Source: Styela clava
Lineage: Eukaryota
Reading direction: 5' to 3'
Length of the DNA stretch: 64,000 bases
NCBI RefSeq assembly: GCF_964204865.1
Contig: NC_135262.1
Span: 13,516,001-13,580,000 of the forward strand
Below the pieces are notes generated by a model that worked only from the letters and a program-made list of their open reading frames with translations, was not told where the DNA came from and did not search any database. Shown here in pieces: positions 27,701-39,019 of this stretch (position 1 is the first letter of the stretch; the number at the start of each line of letters is the position of its first letter). Both the position numbers and the translations under genes were made by a program.

Positions 27701-30274
27701 GTTTGGGAATATTTATTATTCGCTTTTTCAGATAATACATGAATACTTGGCAAGATTTTTTGAGAAATTTTCAACACTTACAAATAAAAATTAGGCAGGT
27801 CATAAATCTGAATTGTATGATTTGAATGAATCTCAAATACTTGATAAAACATTTGCTCTGGGTACAATTACATAATCAAATTATCAAATTGAATGAAACA
27901 TAAAAAATACGAACGTTTGTGCCGATTTTATCAAGAATGCGCCCCAAAGAACCAAGTCAATCGGCAGCAGCGGAATTTCATGTATGTGCGTGTGCAGTTA
28001 TCTGCATATTCAATACTCATTTGTTTTTGTGTATGACCTTATTACCTACCAATCAATCGCTAGCAATTTTGACGCTTTTAGTCAATCGCGGTCCAAAGGA
28101 GTTTGGTCACCCCTGTTCTATAAAAACAAAAAAAAAATACAGTAGAAACAATCACAGATCATAGGGGAACACAATTTAAACTTGGGTAATGAATACTTAT
28201 AGAAATCACACACTTTCATTGTTGTCCAGTCTGAACCACTCTGGCTCAGTCCATAAGCAAAATAGGACCCATCATCTGAAAAAGATCTTCCTCTTAATGC
28301 CAATGTACCATCCTCTGATAATTTGTTTGGATCAAGAAAAACTTTCGGTTCTGACATCAAGGTTTCTTGACAATACAAAATGCTGTTCAACAAAGTAATA
28401 AAACCATTAACCATCGTGTGTCATCAAGAGTACACACCTGCGGGTCAAATCCCATACCTACCACCCCACCAGGGGCCAGAACTTTTCAAGGGGGAGGGGG
28501 GGTTCTGAAATATTTGGATGGGGGCCAGAAAACATAGGTTTTCAAGAGTCGAGTTGCAAGCTACAAAAAATGATTTTTTTTTACATTTCAAAAGGGGGGT
28601 TCCGACCCCCTCTGGCTACGCCCCTGCAACTCATGCAGGGTGTAATAAATTAGATACGCAATGACGAACAGGAATTGATTTCAAAACTTTTCAAAATTAT
28701 TATTTACTACCTTCCTTAAAATTGTTATATACCAGGTGCTGCTTGCACAGGCAGGGCCTTATTTGGAAAAAAAAGTTCAGAGCAATGGGTTCCTGTAACT
28801 AGACTGGTAAAATAAGGACCGAGTTAAAAAAAATCCGATGCAAAATGGAGTAATGTAAAGCATAATAAAAATGCCAGCCATCACTGGTATATAACCCAAT
28901 CTTGTGGGAATTATTAATATTGAAAATTTGAACAATCAGTCTACCAACATTGAATTTTGAACTAGAAGTAGAGGCTTCCTTTTTAACAAATATGAAACTA
29001 TCATTATTTTTAATTGCTAGTTGCCAAACTCAAAAATATCGAGGCAACAGAGAAAAAGCAATTATAGTGGAAAGAAAGCAATGTCCACACATTTCAGTAA
29101 AAAGGTATATGCATATAATATTGGCACTCCAGAAGTGCGTACACCAATATGAAGGTAAATAATTTTGTTCACCCACTTTTCATCAAGTTGTATAAAGGGA
29201 CGGAAGCTATGAGCAGGGAGTACATTCACTTAGCTAACACAGACAGTTCCCGAAATCAAAATAGAACTAAAATAAGGAAAATCTGAATAAACTTATGGCC
29301 TAACCCTAACTTGGTACACTCTAAGGGAGTACCCATATATGATATTATTTACTATGAATTGGAATTATAGTAATAAGCAAACATTACCTTTGATTTTGCA
29401 ATCCAGTATTCATGAAGAAAAAGTATTTGTTTCCTTTTTTAAATGGACAACTATACTTGGGATAATTGTATAACTCCGTCATTCTGTGGATAAATTGCAT
29501 ACAGATATTGTTAGCTATTTAAAACAAAACAGTCAACCATAAAACTGGTAATCAAATCTGCATTTCGATACTTCAGTGCGCGATTTTGCTGTTATTCAAT
29601 GATATATTTATTTAGCACCATAAAAATAGTTACCAATGATTATGATTTCTTGATAAATGGTTTTAATATGTCAGTGCATAAAAGCTTTAAATCTGGCCCA
29701 TATTGAACCAAAGTTTAAACCTGGTTTGAATCGAAAATAGAAGCGCAAAGCAAATTTAGGTTTTAGTCAAACCTCTCTAACAGTTTTCTGGCTATTAACG
29801 CTACTTGGCAAATAAGACGATGGTTTCATATAGCATTCCAAAATAATAGCAGCTCATTGCATATCATTAGACAACAGTGGCTGCAAGTAGAAAGCCTTGG
29901 TTGAAGCAAAAAATGTGAATAAGTATCGAATAAAATATACTTTAATAAGCTTTCCATACAGCCATACCTTACCTGGCATGAAACTTGTTCCTAGCTGAAC
30001 AATTTCTCAAATAAGGAATGGAAATTTTATTTTGTGCTTCAACATATTCTTTTGTTTCCTTTGAATCTGGATCTTCCATCCATGTGTAAGGATCCGGAAC
30101 CTAAATGCAGAAATATACAAATTGAAAACCTGAAAATCCGTCAGTTTTTAAGGGGCTTTTTTATCAACAAAGTCATAAATGGCAAATAAATTGAATTTTA
30201 CAACTCACTTTCGCTCCATGGTAATCGTCAACTACAGTATCCTTTCTGGGTTTAGGGTAATTAAATAAAGACAT
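15781..30274 (-). CDS. PREP: Prolyl endopeptidase (prolyl oligopeptidase, family S9A), 18 coding exons
   Basis: Exons 30209-30274 (ATG), 29973-30100, 29388-29483, 28214-28382, 27084-27185, 26815-26877, 26376-26455, 24678-24846, 23612-23707, 22209-22313, 21455-21640, 20573-20686, 19372-19520, 18434-18550, 17907-18002, 17357-17458, 16617-16845, 15781-15882 (TGA); GT-AG and phase-consistent. Motifs [50 protein letters not shown], catalytic Ser GGSNGG, Asp DHDDRVVP, His SGHGAGKP. Confidence 0.97.
16112..16380 (-). mobile_element. SINE copy with Pol III B-box
   Basis: GGATTCGAACC at about 16343 is B-box GGTTCGAATCC on the minus strand; body and tail shared with other copies in the window. Confidence 0.75.
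16883..17070. mobile_element. Tc1/mariner-type MITE
   Basis: TA-CAGGGTG...CACCGTG-TA termini. Confidence 0.55.
17560..17767. mobile_element. Harbinger-like MITE (copy 1 of 3 in PREP introns)
   Basis: CTCCAGAAGTGTGTGTACCAATATGAAGG...CCTGGTACACACACTAC; aligns end to end by eye with 19696-19906 and 29122-29333. Confidence 0.75.
18062..18171. mobile_element. Short hAT-type MITE (internally deleted member of the 1351/3994 family)
   Basis: CAGAGGTTTGCAAC...TTGCACACCCCTG; TSD ATTTAGAT/ATTAGGAT (imperfect). Confidence 0.65.
18700..19153. mobile_element. Tigger-like MITE copy
   Basis: Shares GCGCAATTTTTGATGACATCATCGCACACAAAAA and right end ...GAAGTATCACTG with 6212-6830. Confidence 0.6.
19696..19906. 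mobile_element. Harbinger-like MITE (copy 2)
   Basis: Same sequence family as 17560-17767. Confidence 0.75.
20243..20560. mobile_element. hAT-type MITE
   Basis: Ends ...GTTGGGAACCATT; interior matches 7640-7890. Confidence 0.6.
24140..24506. mobile_element. Tigger-like MITE copy
   Basis: GACTCGACACTCG...GACTACCGAGATAACACTG-TA; same family as 6212-6830. Confidence 0.65.
24878..25988. mobile_element. pogo-type MITE interrupted by a piggyBac-type insertion
   Basis: Left end CCGGTATATCTTCGCATACAAGC, right end GCCTATACGCGAGGATATAC; internal TATAAGCCG repeats. Confidence 0.65.
24943..25614. mobile_element. piggyBac-type MITE
   Basis: TTAA TSD on both sides; TIR CCCTTTCCGTGCG / CGCATGGAAAGGG. 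Confidence 0.85.
25998..26330 (-). mobile_element. SINE copy
   Basis: TAGGATAGGA tail and body shared with other copies. Confidence 0.65.
27573..28115. mobile_element. hAT-type MITE
   Basis: TIR CAGGGGTGACCAA / TTGGTCACCCCTG; perfect 8-bp TSD TTCTATAA. Confidence 0.88.
28469..28626. mobile_element. G-tract-rich MITE (Harbinger-like AGGGGCG terminus)
   Basis: CAGGGGCCAG...CTGGCTACGCCCCTG; a similar terminus CAGGGGCGCAGTCAG occurs at about 5216. Confidence 0.5.
29122..29333. mobile_element. Harbinger-like MITE (copy 3)
   Basis: GGCACTCCAGAAG...GGGAGTACCC termini; same family as 17560. Confidence 0.75.
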
Positions 30275-31497
<1,223 letters not shown>

Positions 31498-32681
31498 AGT
31501 TAAAATGTGTTTTTTGTTGGTTTTGCATTTTTTCAAGACCTGGTCTTATTATTTGCAGACAGAGTTGAAACAAGGGATCACTTAATTAGCATCTTATCAT
31601 CTCTATTATCAAGGCTCAATTATCATAACAAGAGAATTAATTTAGTCAATTTCCCTATTGACATTTGTATTCTCAGAAGATGAATTTGAGTGGTAAATGT
31701 GTATGCAACTGACTAGACCAGATCTTGAAAAGATAAGAAATGACAATTCTAACACTTATTTCAGTTTACCAGTATCTTGTTTATCAGTTTATAACTCGAA
31801 CAATTGCTGCTATCTGAACTTAACATTTTACTAGTAAGCCTATATATGTAAATCACCAGACATGGGTAATAAATTAAAACCGAAACAACATGGTTATATC
31901 TGCACTGTTCCAAGGGCGTCTTTCAGTTTGTTAGCTCATGTTTTATGTCATTGATTAAGTCGGTCAGTGGGATTAGTACAACTTTAAACTTTCGTCATTA
32001 ATGTGACATGTTATGTTGAACTTGAAAGCTAAGTTACACAAAACTAAGGCAGTACTGCAGTAAGGTGTATGATATATTAATTTTGTAACATATTAGAAAC
32101 TGACTTAGGAATTTGGAATAAATTAAAGCAGATATCATTCTGTTATAGCTCGGTTTAATGTTACACGATTTGTTTGGGCTCAAAACTATTTTTTAAAAGC
32201 AATATTGATGTGTTGAGTAGAGTAGTTTATAAGAGACACAGGGTATGTTTTTTATATACATACTTTCTTAAGATTTAGGTCAAAATTGACTATTTTCTGG
32301 GTTATTTAAATTGGTATAATGTAGTATATCGAATATCTTGAAGTAAGATAATTGCTAGGATGTGGTTGCATTATTTAAGATTACTGTAATGCAGTCTAAT
32401 TTGTGGAATAACAATTCCAAAATAAACACCTCTCATTAGATTTTTGAACATATGTCATTCCTGTCAATATATAGGATTATCTATGAAATGAAATGGACAA
32501 AAATAACATTTTGGTTGCTGTCCATAATAATTTATGATTGAATAAGTCGAATTCTGAATTGATTTTTCTGTTTATTATTCTATTTTGATATCACCCCTTT
32601 TATGAAGGAAAAAAATATAATTTATACCACATCATTGAATAAAATATCAAAATTGGCCTCTAAACATATATCTAAGGCATA

Positions 32682-33011
32682 CCGTATATGCTCGTTTTAC
32701 AGCCCGATCTTGATTAAAAGCCCGTTTGAATAGCCGCCCGTGTGAACAGAACATAAAAATAAATAAGGGTCGGTGCTTCAATACCCGCCCGATGTAAAAG
32801 TTGATTTTTCAGTGGTAGAGAATAATAGGAAATAAGAAGCGCTTTTGTCACAACGCTGTTGAATTTTAAGTGCTGGTAGATAACAAAGATACCGTAATTT
32901 TTGTGTATAATTTTACTTTAAAAATAACAAGCGACCGTGCTTGAATAAGGGCCCGGTTAGTGAGTTTGGTTAAAAAAATATGGGCCCGGGCTACAAAACG
33001 AGCAAATACGA
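32682..33011. mobile_element. pogo/Tigger-type MITE
   Basis: TIR CCGTATATGCTCGTTTTACAGCCCG / CGGGCTACAAAACGAGCAAATACGA, TA on both flanks. Confidence 0.8.
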
Positions 33012-34041
33012 TAATTGAGTGCTGTTAAATATCTGAAATAAGCTGAATTATTTTAGCATCATACGCTGCTTTACCATACATGTCAATTTCTTTGTCTTGG
33101 TATTTAAGGGGGCTTAGGGGAACGTTGTATATGAATTACAAAAATATTCTAGAAAGCTGGAGGTGTTCGTATAGTTTAACTAACTTTTAGATGCTTGGTT
33201 GTTTTCTCCACTTCAATGGATTCAAATAAAAACACACAGGTGATAGGTTTGGGTTAAGGTTGAAGATTTTACTGGTTTTCACGGTAGGGCATGCTTAAGA
33301 AGCATCTCAAGAGTGGATTGCATATGCTGGAATTCTTAACGCTGAGATGGTTTTACCGGAGTCTCTAGTCAGATCGTAACTTCAGCAAATGATTTTCATG
33401 CATTGAAGCAGTGCAATGGAACATGGATACGGATTGCTTCGATTTTCGATGACCAGAATTTGTCAACCGAGAAGACACAATGGAACAAATACTGTAATTG
33501 AAATCATCAAGAATTGCAATTATCAGATAGTTCTACTTTTTGTGACAAAATATTTATTGAAACAATATATATTACTTTTTACTGTAATATATCACAGTAA
33601 CTCCAATAGCGGAGAATTTATATGTACATAGCGATTTGTATTAATCATGGTTTTTGAAATACACATGTAATAATATTTGAAAAAAAAACTTGTCATAAAA
33701 TGAAGAAACTTTAAAATTTGCATGAATGTTCTACCTATTATTATTTTTGATTATTTATACTTCTATTTCCTCTTGGTTATCATAAGTTGATGCTATATTG
33801 TGGATTGTATTTTTTTATTGATGTTTGAAGTACTGGCTCATGTGTTCAATTTCACTCGATTGTAGTTTGATTTTTTTATGTATGCTAACACAATAACTCT
33901 AAAAGATTAAATGTGTAGTATTATTCAGTTTGTTACGTATAATCTCTAGTGTTATTACTTGTGTTGAATTGATGTACACAATACGCACTCTGAAATAATT
34001 TTTGTCTATTTTAGAAAATACTCCTAATCATTACATAAAGT

Positions 34042-34515
34042 ATGTTTTTGACATGCATTCAAATGCTTCGACAGCCTCGGACCTACCCATTATCTCGATG
34101 GTATAAACATGAAAAATTGAAGGAACAAGCGAAGCATTATTTTTACAAGTCATTGCGTGTTCGAACTGGATTAATGTCAATCTTACTAAGAAAATCATTG
34201 AAAAAGCAGTATTTTGCCCGCCGAAATAAAGATACAGTTGCTGGAATATTGCGTAATAATAGACTTGCAGCGGCTACTTCTGAGCATAATGTGACTCCAC
34301 ACATGTTCAAATCAGGACTTGGTCATTGTAAAATTATTCTATCAAATAAATTACTAACGAATCTTGCAATTTATGAACCGAGAACATTCAAAGGACTGAT
34401 TGAAACAGCTCAACGTGCAAATATTGAGAAATTACGAGAAAGGCATGAGGAGCTGCCTGATAGGCGTTTGACTGCACACAGACCAAGGCCGAAACTCACT
34501 ACTGGAATACATTAA
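34042..34515 (+). CDS. MRPL20: Mitochondrial ribosomal protein L20 (bL20m), intronless CDS
   Basis: MFLT start, AKHY, RNNRLAAATSEH and the LSNKLLTNLAIYEPRTFKGL motif match the bL20m signature (NRITAASQEH...[20 protein letters not shown]); basic, 157 aa; splice-acceptor-like TTTTAG ends 27 nt upstream of the ATG. Confidence 0.88.
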   Translation: MFLTCIQMLRQPRTYPLSRWYKHEKLKEQAKHYFYKSLRVRTGLMSILLRKSLKKQYFARRNKDTVAGILRNNRLAAATSEHNVTPHMFKSGLGHCKIILSNKLLTNLAIYEPRTFKGLIETAQRANIEKLRERHEELPDRRLTAHRPRPKLTTGIH

Positions 34516-34689
34516 ATTGCCCTATTATATTGCCAAGACAATTTCTCACACAATGCTTCATTTTCACCTGTAAATTTGGTCTACTTGGAGCAAAGCGTTT
34601 TTTGTTTCGAATTCAACATTATTGTGTATATTTGCAGTAATTTAATTTTTTTCAATCAAGTTAATGCATCTGAAAACAAATATCTGGCT

Positions 34690-34795
34690 ATCTAATCTCA
34701 TACCCGACATGGAGCAGAGGCCGTGGTTCGCCATATGATCAAGCCATCCTAAAGGCTTTCCCTCTTCCCTGGAATGAATATTTAAATCCTATCAT
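34690..34795 (+). mobile_element. 5'-truncated SINE copy
   Basis: TACCCGACATGG...CGTGGTTCGCCATATGAT...TAAATCCTATC; same family in plus orientation. Confidence 0.6.
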
Positions 34796-36070
34796 ATTTA
34801 TATATAGCTAAAGTATTAGTTTCTGGAGAATACTTTTTAGTTCATAATTATTCTATCTAATATTACTACCCAATAACTTTGAACTTTATTGTTGGAGAAA
34901 TGGAAAAATGTTGTATTTTTTTGCGAAAATACAGTTGAAACAAAAATTGAAGCTAACATTTATCATTTATAATGAATATTGTTGTAACATATTTCACATT
35001 TTGTTTTTGTTAGTTTGTAATATTCTGCATTGATGATAAAATATTATGTTGCTCATGAATATGCTTTTTCAGGTATGTTAAAAATTGGTATCAAATTCAA
35101 ACAAATCAAATAAATATTTTCTTATAAAGATGATCTGATAAAAGCTTGAATAACTAGAAATGTACCAGAAAATCATCCTTGATTTTTTACTAACATTTGT
35201 TCAAAGGTAAAATATTACTCAATTGTTTTTTGATTTTCTGCAGTCTTAATTCCATCGAGTCTTGCAAATGAATTGAGTATTGCTCAAGTATGAACTTTCA
35301 TCAGTGAGGACATGAGAAAGATGCTGATTTACACCACTCATATATGAGACATTTTGACAGTCGTTGAATCCTGTCCCCTAGTGAGTTAAATATATTTTGT
35401 TGTTGTAGAGTGCTGTAGACCTATAGTTTTTCAGTTGTGATAGGTGTCATGTAGGGAATTTACCATTGAATTTCAGATATATCGCAGAATTTCGTGTAGA
35501 ATCCTAGACTTATATGAGCAATATGATGGACTATTAAATGTGGAAGTATGCATCACACATTGAATTTTTGTATGAAGTATTGGATACTGTTATACGTAAG
35601 GTCAAGTTAAGAGGTCATAAGAGCGCTTATGATGCGAAATACTCTTAATAGGTTTGTGAAAAAGGGCTAATGCAATCTTATACAAAGATAAGATTTGTTT
35701 CCCATTGCAAATATAGAAAAGATGTTGAAATGGCATAAATTATTTTGTAGCATCAAGTTAAAGATTCTTTTGACTGGAGTGAAAATATGCTTGGTATGGA
35801 GATTTGAAAGGAATGCAACATCAGGACATGTACACCCTGGCTGTAATAACTGAAAACGGAGTAGGAATGATTCCTTCGATATAAAATATGTATGCCATGT
35901 AAATGTTAATAAACAGTACAAAAGCATTGGGATATAATACGAGCAATTGATTTCTATAACAATGTTGAATAATATCTGACATACCGTTACTACGATTTGA
36001 AATGCCTGATTAGTATGGGTAACTTTTTGCACCTTATATATATTCATTTTAACATGGTATCACCTTAAGC

Positions 36071-36307
36071 TAGTGTGGTCCAAACCTAGGCCCGGGTCGC
36101 ATTCGGAGAGGAATCGCATTTCGTGTTGTTTCGTCATAAAATTAACCAAAAAATCTTTTGACATATTGTTGCAGCCCTAATGTCACTGAATTGACTAGTG
36201 TTATGACTTACTGAGGCAATGAGCGAAGTTCTTGGCACAATTGTGGCCCGCGAACAATGCGAAAGTAATTTTGTGGCCCGCGGAGTTGCCAATCCTGGAC
36301 CACCCTG
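36071..36307. mobile_element. hAT-type MITE
   Basis: TAGTGTGGTCCAA / CTGGACCACCCTG; TSD CCTTAAGC/CTTTAAGC; GTGGCCCGCG subterminal repeats. Confidence 0.65.
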
Positions 36308-37154
36308 CTTTAAGCCTTTTAAGGTATCTCGTTGATAATTTTCTACCCACTTCAAAATTTTCTTAACACATCAAAAACTGTTGATAATATAAAAGAATTT
36401 TAAATATTTAATCCCGTAAAAAAGTAGGAAATTTTGAAATTTCATAGTGTCCTCGGAGGACGTAAAATTTGCGACGAAAATGGAGGACACATCCTCCGAA
36501 AGGAGAACGTATGGTCAACCTATTTAAACATGACATCTTGTATTATTGTTAAATATATTGCTGTGCACAAATGTGATTAAATCAAATATAATGACTATTG
36601 AAATGGTAATTGGACTGCTACTGTCTGCTCCAACGACTGTGTTCTCTTTTCCAAGTGGTAGATGATAACAAGTACATGATGATGACCGTAAATCATCTGG
36701 TGCGGTAAAAGAAAAAGAAATGCGCGATCGTGATGTTTGGATGAGGCGTGTTTAACTCACAGTCTGCAACGTTTGGAATTCAAGCTTAAAATTCACATCG
36801 ATGGTCCTGTTCACACCATTGCTCTTAACACAATTGAATTAATTTGCAATCTATTATGAAAATTTTCCGCCAAATATATAAATGGAAGTGCTACCAATTC
36901 GATGCGACGCTCATTTTAGAACAAAAATAGATGACCGAAAAGTGCCATATTTGAAGCCATGACTTTTTCAAATGCGGGAAGTAACTTGATTGAACAGTTT
37001 TCAGTAAAATGCGCCAAGTTTCATTTCCAAATAATTTGCTGTCAAATCTTATTCTAGGTTCGATTTAGACAACATCAACTGATAGGCTGGAACCAATCCT
37101 CATTTAGCTATTTTATCTTTTAATATTAAAATTTTTCAAACTGCTATTCAGTTG

Positions 37155-37224
37155 CCTCCGCGGGCCGCACAATTTTCCCTTGCGGGCCGCATTTGGCCCG
37201 CGGGCCGCACTTTGCACACCCCTG
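37155..37224. mobile_element. Right end of a hAT-type element (GCGGGCCGCA repeats)
   Basis: Three GCGGGCCGCA repeats then TTTGCACACCCCTG; left end not located. Confidence 0.6.
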
Positions 37225-37969
37225 TGCTAGAGGATTGCTGGTCTCCTCGCCGCCGTAGGGTGGTTCCCGTAACCACTGGTCGGTTACTTTTTTTTATTCA
37301 AGAGGGGGGTACACAATTACCCAATTACAGATAATAGACTTGATTACTCAAATCGAAAAACTATGAATTAAAAACAGTTTAAACATCAGCTAGACGTTTG
37401 TATATTAATAGAAGCATGAAGTAATAATCAAGGTTATTATGACATTATTTTCAGCGAAAATTTATACTCATCCGAACCGTAATTTTCCCACCCCTGTGCT
37501 ATATTGTAAAGGGCAAAAAAAAACGTTTACGCAATTCCGTTGAATTTTAAAAAACCTGTGCGTTTTAATTTAGATAAGTATTATTAGGTCAGGAGGTTGC
37601 ATAAATATATGGATCAGCACAAAACAAACATAACAGAACCATTGCACTGAAAAACACGAAAGCAATGTCCCCCTTCCAGTAGGACACAGTTTTTTGATTC
37701 TGAAGATAACCCCTCTATTAAAAGACATCAATTATGGCAGCTAGTGCAAACTCCTTTCTTACCAGCCAGTCTGGGACTCCATACTGAAAGGAAGATTCAG
37801 ATATTTTATTTCCGTCGTGCATGAAATATTGTATTTACACAAGTAATAAAAAAAATGGTAACACAAAGTTCAATTGAAATAAAGAGACATATTTAGAAGC
37901 GCGATCCAAAAACGTCACATTGAACTCCTCGAAAAAATGTTCGAATTTACCAAAGGAAAATAAAACCCC

Positions 37970-38130
37970 GGTTGGTTACGGCTTTCACCCCCATCAAGTC
38001 CATACATCTGCAACAAACAACTGGCCAATCTAAGCAATCATCATATTTATACCCGACATGGACTGGTATCCGGACGAGAGACCGTGGTTCGCCAAATGAT
38101 TTAAGCCGTCTTATCGGCTCCCCCTGTCTT
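37970..38130 (+). mobile_element. SINE copy (3' part)
   Basis: GGTTACGGCTTTC...ATACCCGACATGGACTGG...CGTGGTTCGCCAAATGATTTAAGCCGTCTTATCGGCT. Confidence 0.65.
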
Positions 38131-38683
38131 GCACCTATTGAATGCGATGAATTCATTTGTCAACTTCAAGCCCCCGTTTTAGAGCGGCTTACTATATGTA
38201 AATCTCAAACATAGAGCTGAACAAAATGATCATTCGGCAAGTTGAGTTGAAACGTTTCTATGGGTAGACTTGACAGTATGTCCTATAACGCGTCCTAAAC
38301 AAGTAAATAATATGCAGGGAAAGGTGGGCCACGGGGCACAGTGGATAATCAGCTCTCATACTATAGCCGGTCAGCGATTCTTTGTTTGAGTCCGCCCTTC
38401 GGTGAGTTACAATGTTCCCGCAAACGGACAACGGTCGTGAAGAGCGATGCAAGCTAAAAGGTGGAATTGGTTTTGAAGATTTGGAACCAAAATTTTACCA
38501 TTCCATTTTTTTTTCTCATTTATCCTTTCCAGCGTGACAAACCACGTCTGATATTTTTCAGCTTAGTCCACTGTAAAATATTCATAACGTTGGCGAGTGG
38601 ATGTGCCCTCCAAATCTCGGCGTGGGACTGTCGGAAAATATTTGTTTTCTATGAGGGCAACATGGACCGGGGTTCAGTGGGAC

Positions 38684-38961
38684 TGTTATAGTTCTCCTTG
38701 TTGATGGCAACTATAATTATTATTATTGAGGCACCTTACTTCCCAACCATCCACACCAACAATCAGCTCATATATTCAAGTATTCACATTTACTTCTAAC
38801 ACAGCACAGCATCCAATTTACGTGTTACTCCTAGAACAGCGAAACGAAGACACCCCGTAAACAAGATATTCATGCGCCACAACATACTTAAAGAAAATAG
38901 GGCACGCATGAAAAGTCATTAGAGCATAACAATAATACAATATTATACCTATTGTATGACA
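38684..38961 (-). repeat. 3' LTR
   Basis: Direct repeat of 43316-43593; preceded on the minus strand by polypurine tract GAAAAAAGGGGGA (plus 38962-38974). Confidence 0.97.
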
Positions 38962-39019
38962 TCCCCCTTTTTTCGATAAATAAAAAAGAACCATTATATG
39001 CACATAAAAGGGGTACACT

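Noticed and set aside
31500-36700. Box C/D snoRNA candidates near the ribosomal protein genes
   Set aside because: Isolated TGATGA/CTGA words without terminal stems or recognisable rRNA antisense elements.
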